DNA from: Octopus vulgaris
Lineage: Eukaryota
Assembly: GCA_951406725.2 (NCBI GenBank)
Contig: OX597823.1
Coordinates: 21,886,001 to 21,950,000 of the forward strand
Length of the DNA stretch: 64,000 nt
Direction of reading: 5' to 3'
The notes beneath the pieces were generated by a model. The model had not been told where the DNA came from. It did not search any database and worked only from the letters and a program-made list of their open reading frames with translations. The translations under genes and the position numbers were made by a program. Positions 24,679 through 37,699 of the stretch are shown here, piece by piece; the first letter of the stretch is position 1, and each line of letters opens with the position of its first letter.

Positions 24679-25629
24679 CACAGCCTCTGAGTAAAAAACT
24701 ATTCCGTTTCCCACCCCCTTAGCTATTCTATTAGATTTCTTTTCCCTTATTTCCTTTTCCTTGTTCCCCCTTTCCCACCCACCCACCATTTTCTTGTCTT
24801 TCTTGTTCTATAATTTGTATATGCTGGCTTGCTTCAGTGGGTTCCATTGAACCTTCTGGAGTGCCACCAGTTGCTGTAATAAAAAATTCCCCACAGATGG
24901 TTTCAATACAGTTTTAACAGAAAGATTTGGGAAAATTAGAAGAAAGTTCTCCAGTAATTTTCATTCATATAAATAAATGTTCATATTAATTTAAGAATTT
25001 GCCAGTGAAATCTTTTTAAATGATTATTTTCTAATAGATGTACATGTTTATATTCTGTATCATCATCATTGTTTAACGTCCGTTTTCCATGCTAGCATGG
25101 GTTGAACGGTTCAACTGGGGTCTGGGAAGCCAGAAGGCTGTGCCAGGCCCCGTCTGATCTGGCAGTGTTTCTACGGCTGTATATGAAAATAAAACATATT
25201 CTAATAATTTATAAGGAATCTGAGGGATGTCTAGGCGAGAACAAGTCTCTGACACGTTCCTTTTTTTTTTTTTTTTTTAAAGTTTTATTTTTGCTAAAAA
25301 ACGTTTTCTGACCTCTGTAGGGATCTTTGGTCCTGTAAACTGGGGGCCCAAAACGCATCTACACATTTGCTTCCAATCTATTTAACTTTGCTACAACAGA
25401 TTAAGATCACAGATTCAGAACTTCATACTTATAAAGAAACGGAAAGCAGGAAGTCAGAGCATTTATGCCTTTGCTACTGGGGTGGTTCAAAACATAATGG
25501 AAAAGGCTAATGAGTCTGAGAAGTGGAATCAGGTCACAGACGGAACTCACAACAGAATTACTGCTTTTTATACAGGAAATATAATAGTTGCAGATAGAAC
25601 AATACTTTTGAGGAATGATGTTAAAACAT

Positions 25630-25851
25630 GCTTTATGTGTATGTATTGTCTTTCTATATTTATGTATAAATATGTCTGTGTATGTAAGTGTGTGTGTGTG
25701 TGTGTGTGTATGTATGCATGTATGAAATATATCTGTATGTGTATGTATGTATATATATATATGTGTGTATATATATGTGTATGTATGTATATATATATGC
25801 ATGTATATATGTGTATGTATATGAGTATGTATATGTGTATGTATATATATG

Positions 25852-25882
<31 letters not shown>

Positions 25883-26055
25883 GTGTATGTATGTATGCAT
25901 GTGTATATATATGTATGTATGTATGTGTATATATATGTGTTTATGTATGTATATATATTATGTATGTATATATATGTATATATGTATGTATATATATATA
26001 TATTATGTATGTATATATATGTATCTATGTATGTGTGTGTATATATATGTATGTA

Positions 26056-26086
<31 letters not shown>

Positions 26087-26105
26087 GAGAGAAAGAGAGA
26101 GAGCA
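25630..26105. repeat. Compound (TG)/(TA)/(TATG) microsatellite
   Basis: Direct reading; source of the spurious C/M/Y/V ORFs. Confidence 0.95.
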
Positions 26106-26849
26106 AGAGAGATAGCTAAATAGATACAATCATACATACACACATAATATAGGAGTATGAATCAATAGTTAATCACCTCTACCCTCAACCCTGGTGACCC
26201 CCATTATTATCCTATCTTTAATCATTCCTTGCTCTCCCTGAACTCTCTTTCAACCTCTACCCAGCCATTCCTCCTGTGCTCCTGTTCCGAGAGTCTACAC
26301 TAACACCTCATTGCCACAATCATTATCTCACAATCCAGCTCTGGCCCAATTACTTCTGCTCACTCTTCTACAATGCAAGTAGCCATGAATGCCCTCCATG
26401 GCAAAAGACCTGTTCTGAGGTCTCCTTCTGTCATACTTCAGTCTCTGGTCCCTTAGCATAAAGCAGCATCCCTCTCTACTGTAACCCCATTCAATTGAAG
26501 GAGATGTTGTAAGCTACATGGCATGACAAAAAAAAAAGGACTCAGAACACTGTGAAGTGGTTGGCATTAGGAAGGGTATCCAGCCATAAAAGCCATACCA
26601 AAGCAGACACTGGAGCATTGACAAGGTGTATCTTAGAAGAAAAGAATTCCCCAACCTGTTGCATCCTGTCAAACCATCGAACCCAACATATATTCATCAG
26701 TGAGCTACTAACGTACCTCCAATTCACAAATGACACTGTACTATTTACTGAAATCACAGATCATCTGTAGAGCATGCTGACAGAGATGGACACCCATAGC
26801 TAAGCAGTGGGCCCTAAAATGAACTACATGGGAACAATACACGTGATCC

Positions 26850-27260
26850 ACTAAATATAGTCCCAGGTCAAATAGAGGTAGGAAGTGGTGAAATTGAGTA
26901 GTGTGTCTACTTAGGGTACATAATGAATATGCACCGAAACATATTCACTGTGTGCCCTAATCTCAAAGTGAAGGGCAGGATGGAAGGCATTTATACGGGC
27001 TCAAAGAAGAACATCGATTAACTGTGAAGCAAAGGAACACAAAAAGATCCATGCTTGGAATAGTATTGCAAGAGCATATCTGAAATGAAATAATTTGAGA
27101 ACAGAATGGAGTGAACGATGTAATCGCAGAAGACAGGTGGACCCATGCAGTATGCAAAGATCAGGAAAGGTTAGTTGAGACCTCCAAAAGGATAGGAAAA
27201 CAATTTAGTTGAACAATTAGGGCTAAGATGGAAAAAGAAAAAGCATGGTGTAATCAAAAA
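26850..27260 (+). mobile_element. Old RTE-clade LINE relic (second family)
   Basis: TVKQRNTKRSMLGIVLQEHI*NEII*EQNGVNDVIA resembles the RTE post-RT motif QR.MER.MLG...D.IRNE.IR. Confidence 0.55.
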
Positions 27261-27656
27261 AGAATTGGAAGCACATTGTGACCATCACTGAATAACAACA
27301 TCTGATAGTCTGGTTGATACAGTGACACAATATATATTCATACATACAGTATTATATATATATATAAGGAAAATAAGATAAACCTGCTACCACTCCCTCA
27401 CAAGAGTGAAAAAAAAGTGACAGAGAGAAAAAAGGAAAATGTCTCTTGCATTTGAAAACTATTGAAAAATTTTTAAAAAACATTTCATTTAATTTTTCCA
27501 CAATTTAATTGTTTTTCATGCTTTACTTTGAGTTGAAAAAGTTGCAAAGACTGAAACCCTTACTAAAATGTTCTTCATGATAAAATTATTTTAGCATTTT
27601 CAACCTTGTCTTATTTTCCTTATACATATCAACTCGTGTGTTCCTTTCCATCCTTC

Positions 27657-27723
<67 letters not shown>

Positions 27724-29144
27724 AATTCTGTCTGTGGGTGCCTCATGGCATACTCAGATTGTTGGGGAAAAAAAAAAAATCGATAATAGGGCCCCTGGAA
27801 GGGATCCTTATATATAATTAATATATTTTATTTTAACAGCCAAGGGAAATAAGCTGTTCATTTTCCTATATTATTTGGTATAAATCAAATTGAGTCAGCT
27901 TATTTCATAGTATTTGAACTGTTACAGTTATTTTTGCACTTTATTCAGTACAGCCCTTAAACAAGTAAATAGTATTTTCCTAAACAACAGATCCACTTAT
28001 TTCAGTTAGTGACTTATTCAGGAATATACTAACACTAGCACCCCTGAGGGTAATATTCTCTGGGAATGCACAAAAGCCCTTTTCAGAGTTATTTACTTTG
28101 AATTGTTCTTATTTCATATCTGATCAACCTGTTATTATGTAACAAGCTTCACGATTTTAGTATACATACCTTATTAGTATTTTCTCCAATGTTCTATATA
28201 CTCAGGGAATGCCTTAAAGCCCTTTTCAGGGCTACTTTATTTGAATTCTTACTATCAAGTAACTAATTTCATGTTATTACATAACTGACTTCCCAGTTTG
28301 AATATTCATAACTTATTGGGAATTCCTAAAAACAAGATCCTGTGTATGACAGTTCAGTATTCTCTGTAAATGCACAAAAACTGTTTTAAGGGCTACATAC
28401 TTTGTATTGTTGTTATGAGATTAGTGAAACAATTATGAGAATGGAACCATGGATAAGCCCTGCTTTTCCAGGAATTACCAGGTATGTCAGCTAGTATATA
28501 AATATATCCATGTGTGTGTGTATACACATTCACACATTCGTGTGTGTGTGTGTATACTGAGAGAGAGAAAGAGAGAAGTTAAACACTGCTATCTCTCTTT
28601 TATTTTTCTTCTAGCATCTTTATCTCTTTATCCTGAAGAAGGATTCTGTCCTAAACATTGGATGTTCCACTTTCCACTCAGGCAATTTTACTGTACTCTT
28701 TCTATCACTTTTTCTTCATATACATATATATATGTTTATATGCCTGTATGTATATAAACATATACATACATACATATGTTTATATGCATGTATGTTTATA
28801 TGCATATATGTATCTATATGTATATGTGTATGTATATATGTTTATATATACCCCCCCCACTGCATGCACACACAAACACACACACACACACACTTACACA
28901 CACATTACAGTTACCTCAGGTGACATGATTATAATTTGTGGGAATTGTAAAATATGACCACAAATTTTGCTCTTACAGAAGCTCAGATAAATTTTGAGAA
29001 TTTAAAAATTACACTTTGCTGCTTTGTGGTATTTAACCAAAATCCAATTAGGTGACTGCTTGAAAAGCTAAAATCACCTCTTCCTTTCTCTCCCTCTTTC
29101 TCTCTTACACACGCACACAGAATCCCCCATCCACCCCCTATATA

Positions 29145-29541
29145 TCTTTATATATAAAAGTCAAGTTGTGTGTCTGTCTCCTACGATTTAGATTCCTAAC
29201 TACTCCCACATTTTGCGGTGCAGTTTAACCAAAACCGGGTATCTTATAGTCGTGATTCATATCGAGCCCTTCTGGGTATTAGCACATGTCTACGATGAGT
29301 CTACGATTTAAAAAATAATTTAACATCATTTTTTTCCATTTTAATGCATTTTTTCGCTATTATATAAGGGAAGTAACTCTCTAAAAATGTCTACGATGAG
29401 TCAACGATTTAAAAAAAATTTACCATAATTTTTTTTCCATTTTTAATGCATTTTTTTGCTATTATTTGGCTATAACTCTCTAAAAATGCTTATATAGTTA
29501 TTTCCCTTACAAACCCGAGCAACGCCGGGCGATACTGCTAG
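29145..29541 (+). mobile_element. Non-autonomous Helitron
   Basis: A|TCTTTATATATAAAAG...CCCGAGCAACGCCGGGCGATACTGCTAG|T; internal tandem duplication. Confidence 0.88.
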
Positions 29542-30384
29542 TAATATATATAAGTGTGAGAGTGTGTGTATATGTTCTTGGTTATCTATCAACCTCATGC
29601 TACCAACACAACCAGCATCAATAGTAGACCAATACAGCCACTACCATTACTTACCCAGCAACTCCTTAATGACCAACAGCAACAGCAGCAATATTATGAA
29701 CAAGAGAAGTAACTCCATATAAAATAAAAAAAGAAAAATAGTAGATAATACGGTACCCTTGTTTATTTTAAACTTTGAAGGAAATGTCTTTGATCTTAGA
29801 TCAATGAAGATCAAATTGCAACCAATCAGCAGCAACATTGCAATGAACAAGAATAGTATGATCACTGCCACCAACCATAGTACTCTCACCATTTTCATCA
29901 TCACCAACATGAAAACCAATAATACCAACACCAACAACAACCCACCAACTTTCGAATAACCAACTGGCTAGCATCAACAATAATAGTATCAGCATGATAA
30001 TGTCTGAAGCTACATATGTTGTATGTTGACACAACATGTTTGCGTGTGTGTAGTTCTTATGGCTCTAGATGGAGGGTAATCTTTCAACTGACTGTAATCA
30101 TACAGTACTTCTACCCAATTCATTCCTTCACCTTTTCATCTTCTCATTACCACCTATAAGAATAAGACAACAAATTTCTGTTTTCACAAAGTAGTTCTTT
30201 TCTAAAACTGCTTTTGTTTTTACTATATATTTGTTGTTGATCAGTACTCTTGAATTTAGCCATTTAGTTTTCATGTAGAACCAAAGGTAGTAATGTAAAA
30301 AGGAACTGCTAAAGATTTCACTGCATATTAAAACTTGATGTTTTAAAAAGGTTTTGAAGTGTAAGAAAACCATCAGCCATACTG

Positions 30385-30605
30385 CCCTTTCGTTACCATA
30401 TTCATTTTGAGATGCTCTGTGTTTATTTCAATTATTTTCAATATAACAAAGAATTTAGTGAAATAACTTAGTTATCATTAAGCTACTCTTAGGAAGATAA
30501 ATTGTGACTAAGGTTTGGTGGAAGATTTTAATTCAAAACTTATGAAAACAAGATATTTGTATTACAGAGCCAGGGGCGGTTTCAGCCGAGTTGGTAATGA
30601 AAGAG
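30385..30605. mobile_element. piggyBac-type MITE
   Basis: TIR CCCTTTCGTTACC / GGTAATGAAAGAG followed by TTAA; same family as 59106-59326. Confidence 0.75.
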
Positions 30606-30677
30606 TTAAAGCTTGCAGTGTCTACAGAGGGAACAGTATGTTATAATGGTGAGAAAATTAAATAAAGGGCTCAAGAA

Positions 30678-31072
30678 GGCGCAGGAGTGGCTGTGTGGTA
30701 AGTAGCCTGCTTACCAGCCACATGGTTCTTGGTTCAGTCCCACTGCGTGGCACCTTGGGCAAGTGTCTTCTACTATAGCCTCGGGCCAACCAAAGCCTTG
30801 TGAGTGGATTTGGCAGACGGAAACTGAAAAAAGCCCATCATATATATGTGTATTTATATATATGTATGTGTATATGTTTGTGTGTCTGTGTTTGCCCCCA
30901 CCCCAACATCGCTTGACAACCAATGCTGAACTTAGCGGTTCAGCAAAAAGGGACCGATAGAATAAGTACTTAGCTTACAAAGAATAAGTCCTGGGGGTCG
31001 ATTTGCTCAACTAAAGGCGGTGCTCCAGCATGGCCGCAGTCAAATGACTGAAACAAGTAGAAGAGTAAAGAG
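30678..31072 (+). mobile_element. SINE family A, full length
   Basis: Consensus head and tail. Confidence 0.9.
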
Positions 31073-31329
31073 TGTCAATTGTTAAAAATTTTTTTTTTTC
31101 ATAGATTTAATGTGATGTTTAAAATGGAAAGGCTCTTAGATGCATGGATTGGGAAAAATTCATGGCCAAACTTTACAAATTATCTCAACCATCTATTCCT
31201 CTTCCGGCTTTATCTATCCTATATCTTCTCATCTCCCCATCATCTCTTCTACTCATTGTACCAAGCCACCCTTTAACTGAAAAGAAAGTACTTGATTTCT
31301 ATTTATTGGGTATTTTCCTCCACCATTCC

Positions 31330-31790
31330 CCCCACCATCTATATCTTTCTGCCCCTCTTTCCTCCTAAATCACAGTGCTTGAGCTGGGTAAGATTGTAAT
31401 CTTGCAACCTTTACTCATCCTCTCTGATTCTCCTGCCACCATGATCTCCTGGGCATGTTATCTTGAGGATATGTTCTGGTTCATCTTATCTTTCTTCCAC
31501 ACACCACTCTATTCCACCCATAAGCAGAGTGTGTGCATGGAGATATAACATGGAGTAGCATTGTATCTCTTACACAACCCTCCCCACCAATCTTATCCCT
31601 CTAACTCTTTCTCACTAACCCCTGACTTTTTTACTAACCTTCCCATTACCCCTTCCCTAAAATTGTCTCTTTCAGTCTCTTCCCTCTCTCTCTCTCAGTA
31701 ATAAACCTGTGTAATTCCTATAAGAACTGTATCAGACACTGATGAAATGTCCAATTGATATGGGCATAGCAAGCAGACTTACCCACCCAT
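31330..31790 (+). mobile_element. Possible decayed Penelope 3' region with hammerhead relic
   Basis: CTGATGA-A-ATGTCC...GGGCAT-AGCAA at about 31739-31772 (GAAA lost); pyrimidine-rich region; weak protein similarity only. Confidence 0.3.
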
Positions 31791-31961
31791 CACTGGGTCT
31801 ACCTACTTACCCCCACCCCCTCAATTACCATCACTATTTTGTTTCCCCCTTCACACTAGTTCTTGCCTTAATTGTTCCTCTTCTCCTTTCCCCTATCTTC
31901 TCCATTTCTCTCATCCCAATATTGTTCTGTCTCCTTTTCTGGTCACTACATTCTTCTTATG

Positions 31962-32250
31962 TGGAGGCACATGGCCTAGTGGTTAGAGCAGCGGACTCGC
32001 GGTTGAGGGATTGCGGGTTCAAATCTCAGACTGGGCGATGTGTGTGTTTATGAGCGAAACACCTAAGCTCCACATGGCTCTGGCAGAAGGTAATGGCGAA
32101 CTTCTGCTGACTCTTTCGCCACAACTTTCTCTCATTCTTTCCTCCTGCATCTTGCAGCTCACCTGTGAAGGACCAGTGTCCCGTCCAGGTGGGGAACCTA
32201 TATGCCAAGGAAACTGGCCCTTATGAGCCAGGCATGGCTCGAGAAGAAAC
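31962..32250 (+). mobile_element. SINE with family-F head and an alternative tail
   Basis: GGAGGCACATGGCCTAGTGGTTAGAGCAGCGGACTCGCGG...GGTTCAAATC; diverges from 60342 after CACAACTTTCTCTCA. Confidence 0.8.
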
Positions 32251-32672
32251 AAACAAACATTCTTCTTACAACAATAAACTGGTTCTGTCCAATGTGGGGG
32301 CTCTCTCTCTCTCTCTTGCATTGTGAATCACAAGGCAACCCTACCAGTGCAGGGGCCACAATAAGCACCCAGTATATTCAGTCAGTGGTTTGTAATTGAT
32401 TCAAGTAGTGATAATGCAGGGTTTGAAAGGGCCTTTTGACCTTGCCAATGGTAAGTCAACCTCTAGAGTAATGGTAGCATGAAAAAATGTAGTCAATGCA
32501 CTCTGTAAAGTGGTGGTTGTTAGGAAGGGCCCTTGGCCGTATAAACCATGCCAAAAATGAGACATTGGTGCAAGATGTAGTCCTTTAACCCATTGGATCT
32601 CGTGGAATTGTCCAACCTATGTCAGTATGGAAGATGGATGTAAAATGATGATGATGATGATGATGATGATGA

Positions 32673-33777
32673 TGTGGCTGTGTGTGGTAAGAAGTTTGCT
32701 TCCCAGCCACACAGATCCGGGTTCAGTCCCACAGCATGGCATTGGGGAAATGTCTTTTACTAGATAGCCTTGTGAGTGGATTTGGTAGACAGAAACTGAA
32801 AGAAGCCTGTCATGTGTGTGTGTGTTTATCCCTCACTACTGTTTGACAACCAGTGTCGATGTGTTTACATTCCTGTAACTTAGCAGTTTTGCAAAAGAAA
32901 CTGATAAAATTAGTACTAGGCTTATAAAAATAAGTACAGAGATTGATTTGTTCGATTAAAATTTTTCAAGGTGGTGCCCCAGCATGGCCACACTCTACTG
33001 ACTGAAACAAGTAAAAGAGTATATTGGGTATTATCTGATGTTTGATGATTGATTTAGGTATGTTTCTCCATTTTCTCATTTTGTATATATATATATATAT
33101 ATGCACACATATATATATACTCATACACACATACACACACACACACACACTTTTATTCTTTTACTTGTTTCAGTCATTTGACTGTGGCCATGCCAGAGCA
33201 CCATCTGGAGCACCATGCTGGAGCAAATTGAACAAATTGACTCCCAGCATTTATTCTTTGTAAGCCTAGTACTTATTCTATTGGTCACTTATGCTGAACT
33301 GCTAAGTTACAGGGACATAAACACACCAACATCGGTTGTCAAGCGATGGTGGGGGTACAAACGCAGACACACAAACACACACACATGTATGACAGGCTTC
33401 TTTCAGTTTCCATCTTCCAAATCCACTCACAAGGCTTTGGTCGACCTGAAGCTATAGTAGAAAACACCTGCCCTAGGTGCCACACAGTGGGACTGAACCT
33501 GGAGCCATATGGTTGGTGAGCAAGCTACCTATTTCTTTACTACCCACAAGGGACTAAACACAGAGAGGACGAACAAGGACAAATGGGATTAAGTCGATTA
33601 TATCGACTCCCAGTGTGTAACTGGTAATTATTTAATCGATCCCGAAAGGATGAAAGGCAAAGTCGACCTTGGCGGAATTTGAACTCAGAACGTAGCGGCA
33701 GGCGAAATAATGCTAAGCATTTCACCCAGTGTGCTAACGTTTCTGCCAGCTCGCCGCCTACCACACAGCCACTCCTG
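32673..33777. mobile_element. Tail-to-tail SINE A pair (+ at 32673-33020, - at 33153-33777), the second interrupted by SINE B1 (33531-33759, -)
   Basis: Consensus matches; CCTA at both B junctions. Confidence 0.85.
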
Positions 33778-33974
33778 TATCTATATATATATATATATAT
33801 ATGTATCATTATCAGTTTAGTTCCGTCTTCCATGCTGGCATGATATAGATAGTTCAACAGGATCAAATTAGTTAAAGGACTGTGTCATGCTCCATTGTCT
33901 CATTTTTGACATGGTACACATAGAGCTGGCTGGCCTTCATAAACACCCGCTACTTTACAGAATGTTCTTAGTGT

Positions 33975-34640
33975 TTCTATATTTAAGTGATGAGGAATTA
34001 TGTACATTATTTACATTATTTACATTATTTACATTCGACAATATTTCTCCTCATCTTGTTTGTTGTTAACACAACGTTTCAGCTGATATACCCTCCAGCC
34101 TTCATCAGGCATCTTGGGGAAATTTTGAACCTGGGTTCTCATTCCCAAGATATTTTTCGATGTTATTATTATCATTAAAATTATTATTCACGGAGTGGTT
34201 GGCGTTAGGAAGGGCATCCAGCTGTAAAAACACTGCCAGATCTGACTGGCCTGGTGCAGCCTTCGGGTTTCCCAGACCCCAGTTGAACCGTCCAACCCAT
34301 GCTAGCATGGAAAGCGGACGTTAAACGATGATGATGATGATGATGATGATGATTCAGGTCACTGAATGGAATCGAACTCAGAATCTTACCCACGGGCATA
34401 AGGCGTAGTGGTTAAGAGCACAGGATACTAATCGCAAGATTCCGAGATCGATTCCAGGCAGTGACCTGAATAATAATAATAATGATAATAACATTGAAAA
34501 ATACTTTAGGAATGAGAACCCAGGTTCGAAATTTCCCCAAGACACCTGATGAAAGCTGGAGTGTATATCAGCCGGAACGTTCTGTTAACAACAAACAAGA
34601 TGAGGAGAAATATCCGTCAAATGTAAATAATGTTCTGCAT
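33975..34640. mobile_element. Inverted head-to-head pair of SINE D copies (- at 33975-34387, with an RTE tail inserted at 34187-34352; + at 34394-34640)
   Basis: Both match 16221-16492; the minus copy is 5'-truncated within the tRNA head. Confidence 0.8.
34068..34113 (-). ncRNA. Minimal type-I hammerhead ribozyme inside SINE D (intact core)
   Basis: GATGC-CTGATGA-A-GGCTG gagggtatat CAGCT-GAAA-CG-TT-GTGTT; palindromic AACGTT in place of stem III; GUU triplet; the copy at 34541 has stem-I strand GACAC. Confidence 0.75.
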
Positions 34641-34886
34641 ATTTGTTTGTATTATTTCTCGTGGCACCTGGTAAGCTGATGTTGTAACTTGCAGCACTAA
34701 GTTGAGCCCCACCCCACGACAGAAAGGAGAATAAGAGAGAAAAATGATTTCAGGCAATGTATTAGTTTATCATTGGAGGAACAGATTTATTGTTGTGAAA
34801 GAATGAAAGGAGTAACAGAGAAGACACTGGGGGAGGAAATATGACAAGGACAGGGGAAAATGAGGGAATTTATAACAAGGATTAGT

Positions 34887-34920
<34 letters not shown>

Positions 34921-36233
34921 AAAAGAGAGAGAGAGAGAAAGTATTTCTTTATTCACCATGAGATTGAGAAAAAGAGGGGACAAAACAAACGTTGGGGTCA
35001 GGGTATCGAATGAGATGAAACGTATGAATAAACAAACAATTAAAATATATACAATTAAATGAGAATGAGTGATTAACAAAAAATGAAGCGGAGGATGTGG
35101 TTGACCCCACAAACCACATACTCACACTGAAGACTTTGCTTTCTCCTTTTTCACATTCTTGATTAAACAGGTTCTGTCACTCGTAACATATTTGCCATAG
35201 ACTTCCATCTTTTACGAAACACACTTTGCGACAGGCATTTCTTCTCCAGCTTTATTTTTCGTTTCATGACAAAATTGCTGGGATGATAGGATAGGTGTGT
35301 TGCTTGAAGGAGATCTAGTGATTGTTCCTCATTATAAGAGCAAATATAGGTTGAAGGAGCAGGAAGGAAAGAAAGAGATGGGGGTGATAAGAATCCAGAG
35401 AGTGTCATAGAGGGAAAGAAAGGTATGGGGGGGGGGTCACAGAGTTGGGCCTCAGAGAGAAAGGGCTAAGTGTGTGGAGGTGGTAGAGAACCTGTAGGGA
35501 GAGGATGATGAAATCGAGAGTCAGAGGTGGGAGAGTTGTAGGTTAAGGCAGCAAGAACAATGAGAGAGGGGAAGAGGGAGGGACAGAGAGGGGCAGAAGA
35601 GGGTGAAAGAAAGGTAGAGTGAGAGAGAGAGAGATGTAGGGAGAGAGGTAGAGAGAGAGGAGGGACAGAGAGGGGCAGAAGAGGGTGAAAGAAAGGTAGA
35701 GTGAGAGAGAGAGAGAGAGAGAGGGGGGGACAGGGAGTGCCTGGAAAATACCGAAGAGACAGTGGATGGAAGAGCAAAGGATGAGTGCAGTGAAATCAGC
35801 CAAGATTGAGAAGCAGTGGAGAGCCTGAAGAGAGGAGAGTGAGAAGAAGAGGGGCTGAGAGTGGGGCAACACAAGTCGAATTCAACGAGAGCATCCTAGC
35901 CATCAACATTCCCTTTGTTAACATTCTATCTGCCATGCTTGCACAAGAAAGCGGGTTGTCTCCTGTGCAGTATGTGGCTTTTGTTGCAGCCATTTGTCGG
36001 GTCTTTTATAAGGTTTGAGACTTTTGAGATTAGTTTTTCCCTAGGTGTGTGCTTCTATGGCTGTGTGGTTGAGAAGTTTGCTTCCCAACCACATGGCTTC
36101 AAGTTCAGTCCCACAATAGGGCATCTTGGGCAAGTGTCTTCTATTATAGCGCTGGGTTGACCAAAACCTTGCGAGTGGATTTGGTAGATGGAAGGTGAAG
36201 GAAACTCATCATGTGTGTGTGTGTGTGTATACC

Positions 36234-36466
36234 TATTTCTTTACTACCCACAAGGGGTTAAACACAGAGGGGACAAACAAGGACAGACACACGGATTAAG
36301 TCAATTACATCGACCCCAGTGCGTAACTAGTACTTATTTTATCGACCCCGAAAGAATGAAAGGCAAAGTTGACCTTGGCGGAATTTGAACTCAGAACGTA
36401 ACGGCAGACGAAATACGGCTACACATTTCGCCCGGCCTGCTAACGATTCTGCCAGCACGCCGCCTT
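36234..36466 (-). mobile_element. SINE B1
   Basis: Near-consensus; follows a SINE A head at 36045-36200. Confidence 0.9.
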
Positions 36467-36579
36467 GTGTGTGTGTATACCTGCCTACCCGCCCACCTAC
36501 CTACCTACCTACCTACCTCTCACCTCCCCACCTACCAGTGATTGCGTGTTTATGTCTCCTTGCTGTGATTGTTGTAAAT

Positions 36580-36904
36580 CAGTGGTTCCCAAAGTGGGTG
36601 GTACTGCCCCCCACCACCTTCTGTTGGCGACGGAAAGATCAAGAGGGGCATTGAAGAAAAGTGGGGCAATATTAGGGTAGCTAAAAAGTGGGGAGGAATG
36701 TTCCCCCCCACCACCACCTTCGGAAAAAAAACAATTAGGTTAAGTTTTATTTGTGAAATACTGATGTTTTGAATTTGCTGTAGAAAGAGGTCTACGTTTG
36801 TGGTGCTGAGTGGTGGCGGTGGTGACGTGGGGGTGTGTTGAGGCACTAAGAATGCAACTCAAGTGCGAAAGGGGCAGCAGACCGGAAAATTTGGGGAACC
36901 ACTG
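36580..36904. mobile_element. hAT (Charlie-like) MITE
   Basis: TIR CAGTGGTTCCC / GGGAACCACTG; 8-bp TSD TTGTAAAT at 36572-36579 and 36905-36912. Confidence 0.9.
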
Positions 36905-36948
36905 TTGTAAATGAATGGTATTCATTTCCAACCTTCTGCAAAAACACA

Positions 36949-37355
36949 TCTTTATATATAAAAGTAAGGTTGTGTGCTGTCTGTCTCCTACGATTTAGAT
37001 TCCTAACTACTTCCACATTTTGCGGTGCAGTTTAACCAAAACCGGGTATCTTATAGTCGTGATTCATATCGAGCCCTTCTGGGTATTAGCGCACGTCTAC
37101 GATGAGTCTATGATTTAAAAAAAAATTTACCATCAATTTTTCACATTTTTAATGCATTTTTGGCATATATAAGGGAAGTAACTCTCTAAAAATTTATTAT
37201 TAAATCTCAGAACGTTATTATTATTAAAGCTACAGTAACACCCCCCCCCCTTTGTGGTTAGACATATTGAGATTGCTATTATACTTTACATCTCTAAAAA
37301 TGCTTATATAGTTATTTCCCTTACAAACCCGAGCAACGCTGGGCGATACTACTAG
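36949..37355 (+). mobile_element. Non-autonomous Helitron
   Basis: A|TC...hairpin...CTAG|T. Confidence 0.88.
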
Positions 37356-37699
37356 TCTGGTTATAAAGAAATTTTATCTTACATGGAAACAAGTGAAGGT
37401 TGGTGAGAGCAAAGGCATCTGGTTGTGGAACATCTGCCTCAAAAAACTCTGTTCAGCCCATGCATGCATGTATGGGAGTTAGCTGACATTAAAAATAACG
37501 ATGATTGATGCTTGTGTATGTGTATGTAAATATGTATGTGTAACTATGTACTGCTGTTATTATCTCTCTGTAAGGTATCTTCTTCACCCTTGTGACATGA
37601 TGCTGCCATTCTTGCACAAGAAAGCGGGTTGTCTCCTGTGCAGTATATGGCTTTTGTTGCAGCCATTTGTCGGGTCTTTTATAAGGTTTGAAGGGTTAA

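Noticed and set aside
25407-26123. Long ORFs rich in C/M/Y/V/H/T/I (also at 38.0-38.7, 45.4-45.9, 52.1-53.7 kb)
   Set aside because: Translations of TG/TA/TATG microsatellites
28626-28664. Hammerhead-like CTGAAGA-AGGA ttctg TCC-TAAACATT
   Set aside because: GAAA is mutated and there is only one copy; a plausible relic but not callable
29560-30040. Hydrophobic multi-TM-looking ORFs
   Set aside because: Decayed CAA/CAG/CAT low-complexity sequence
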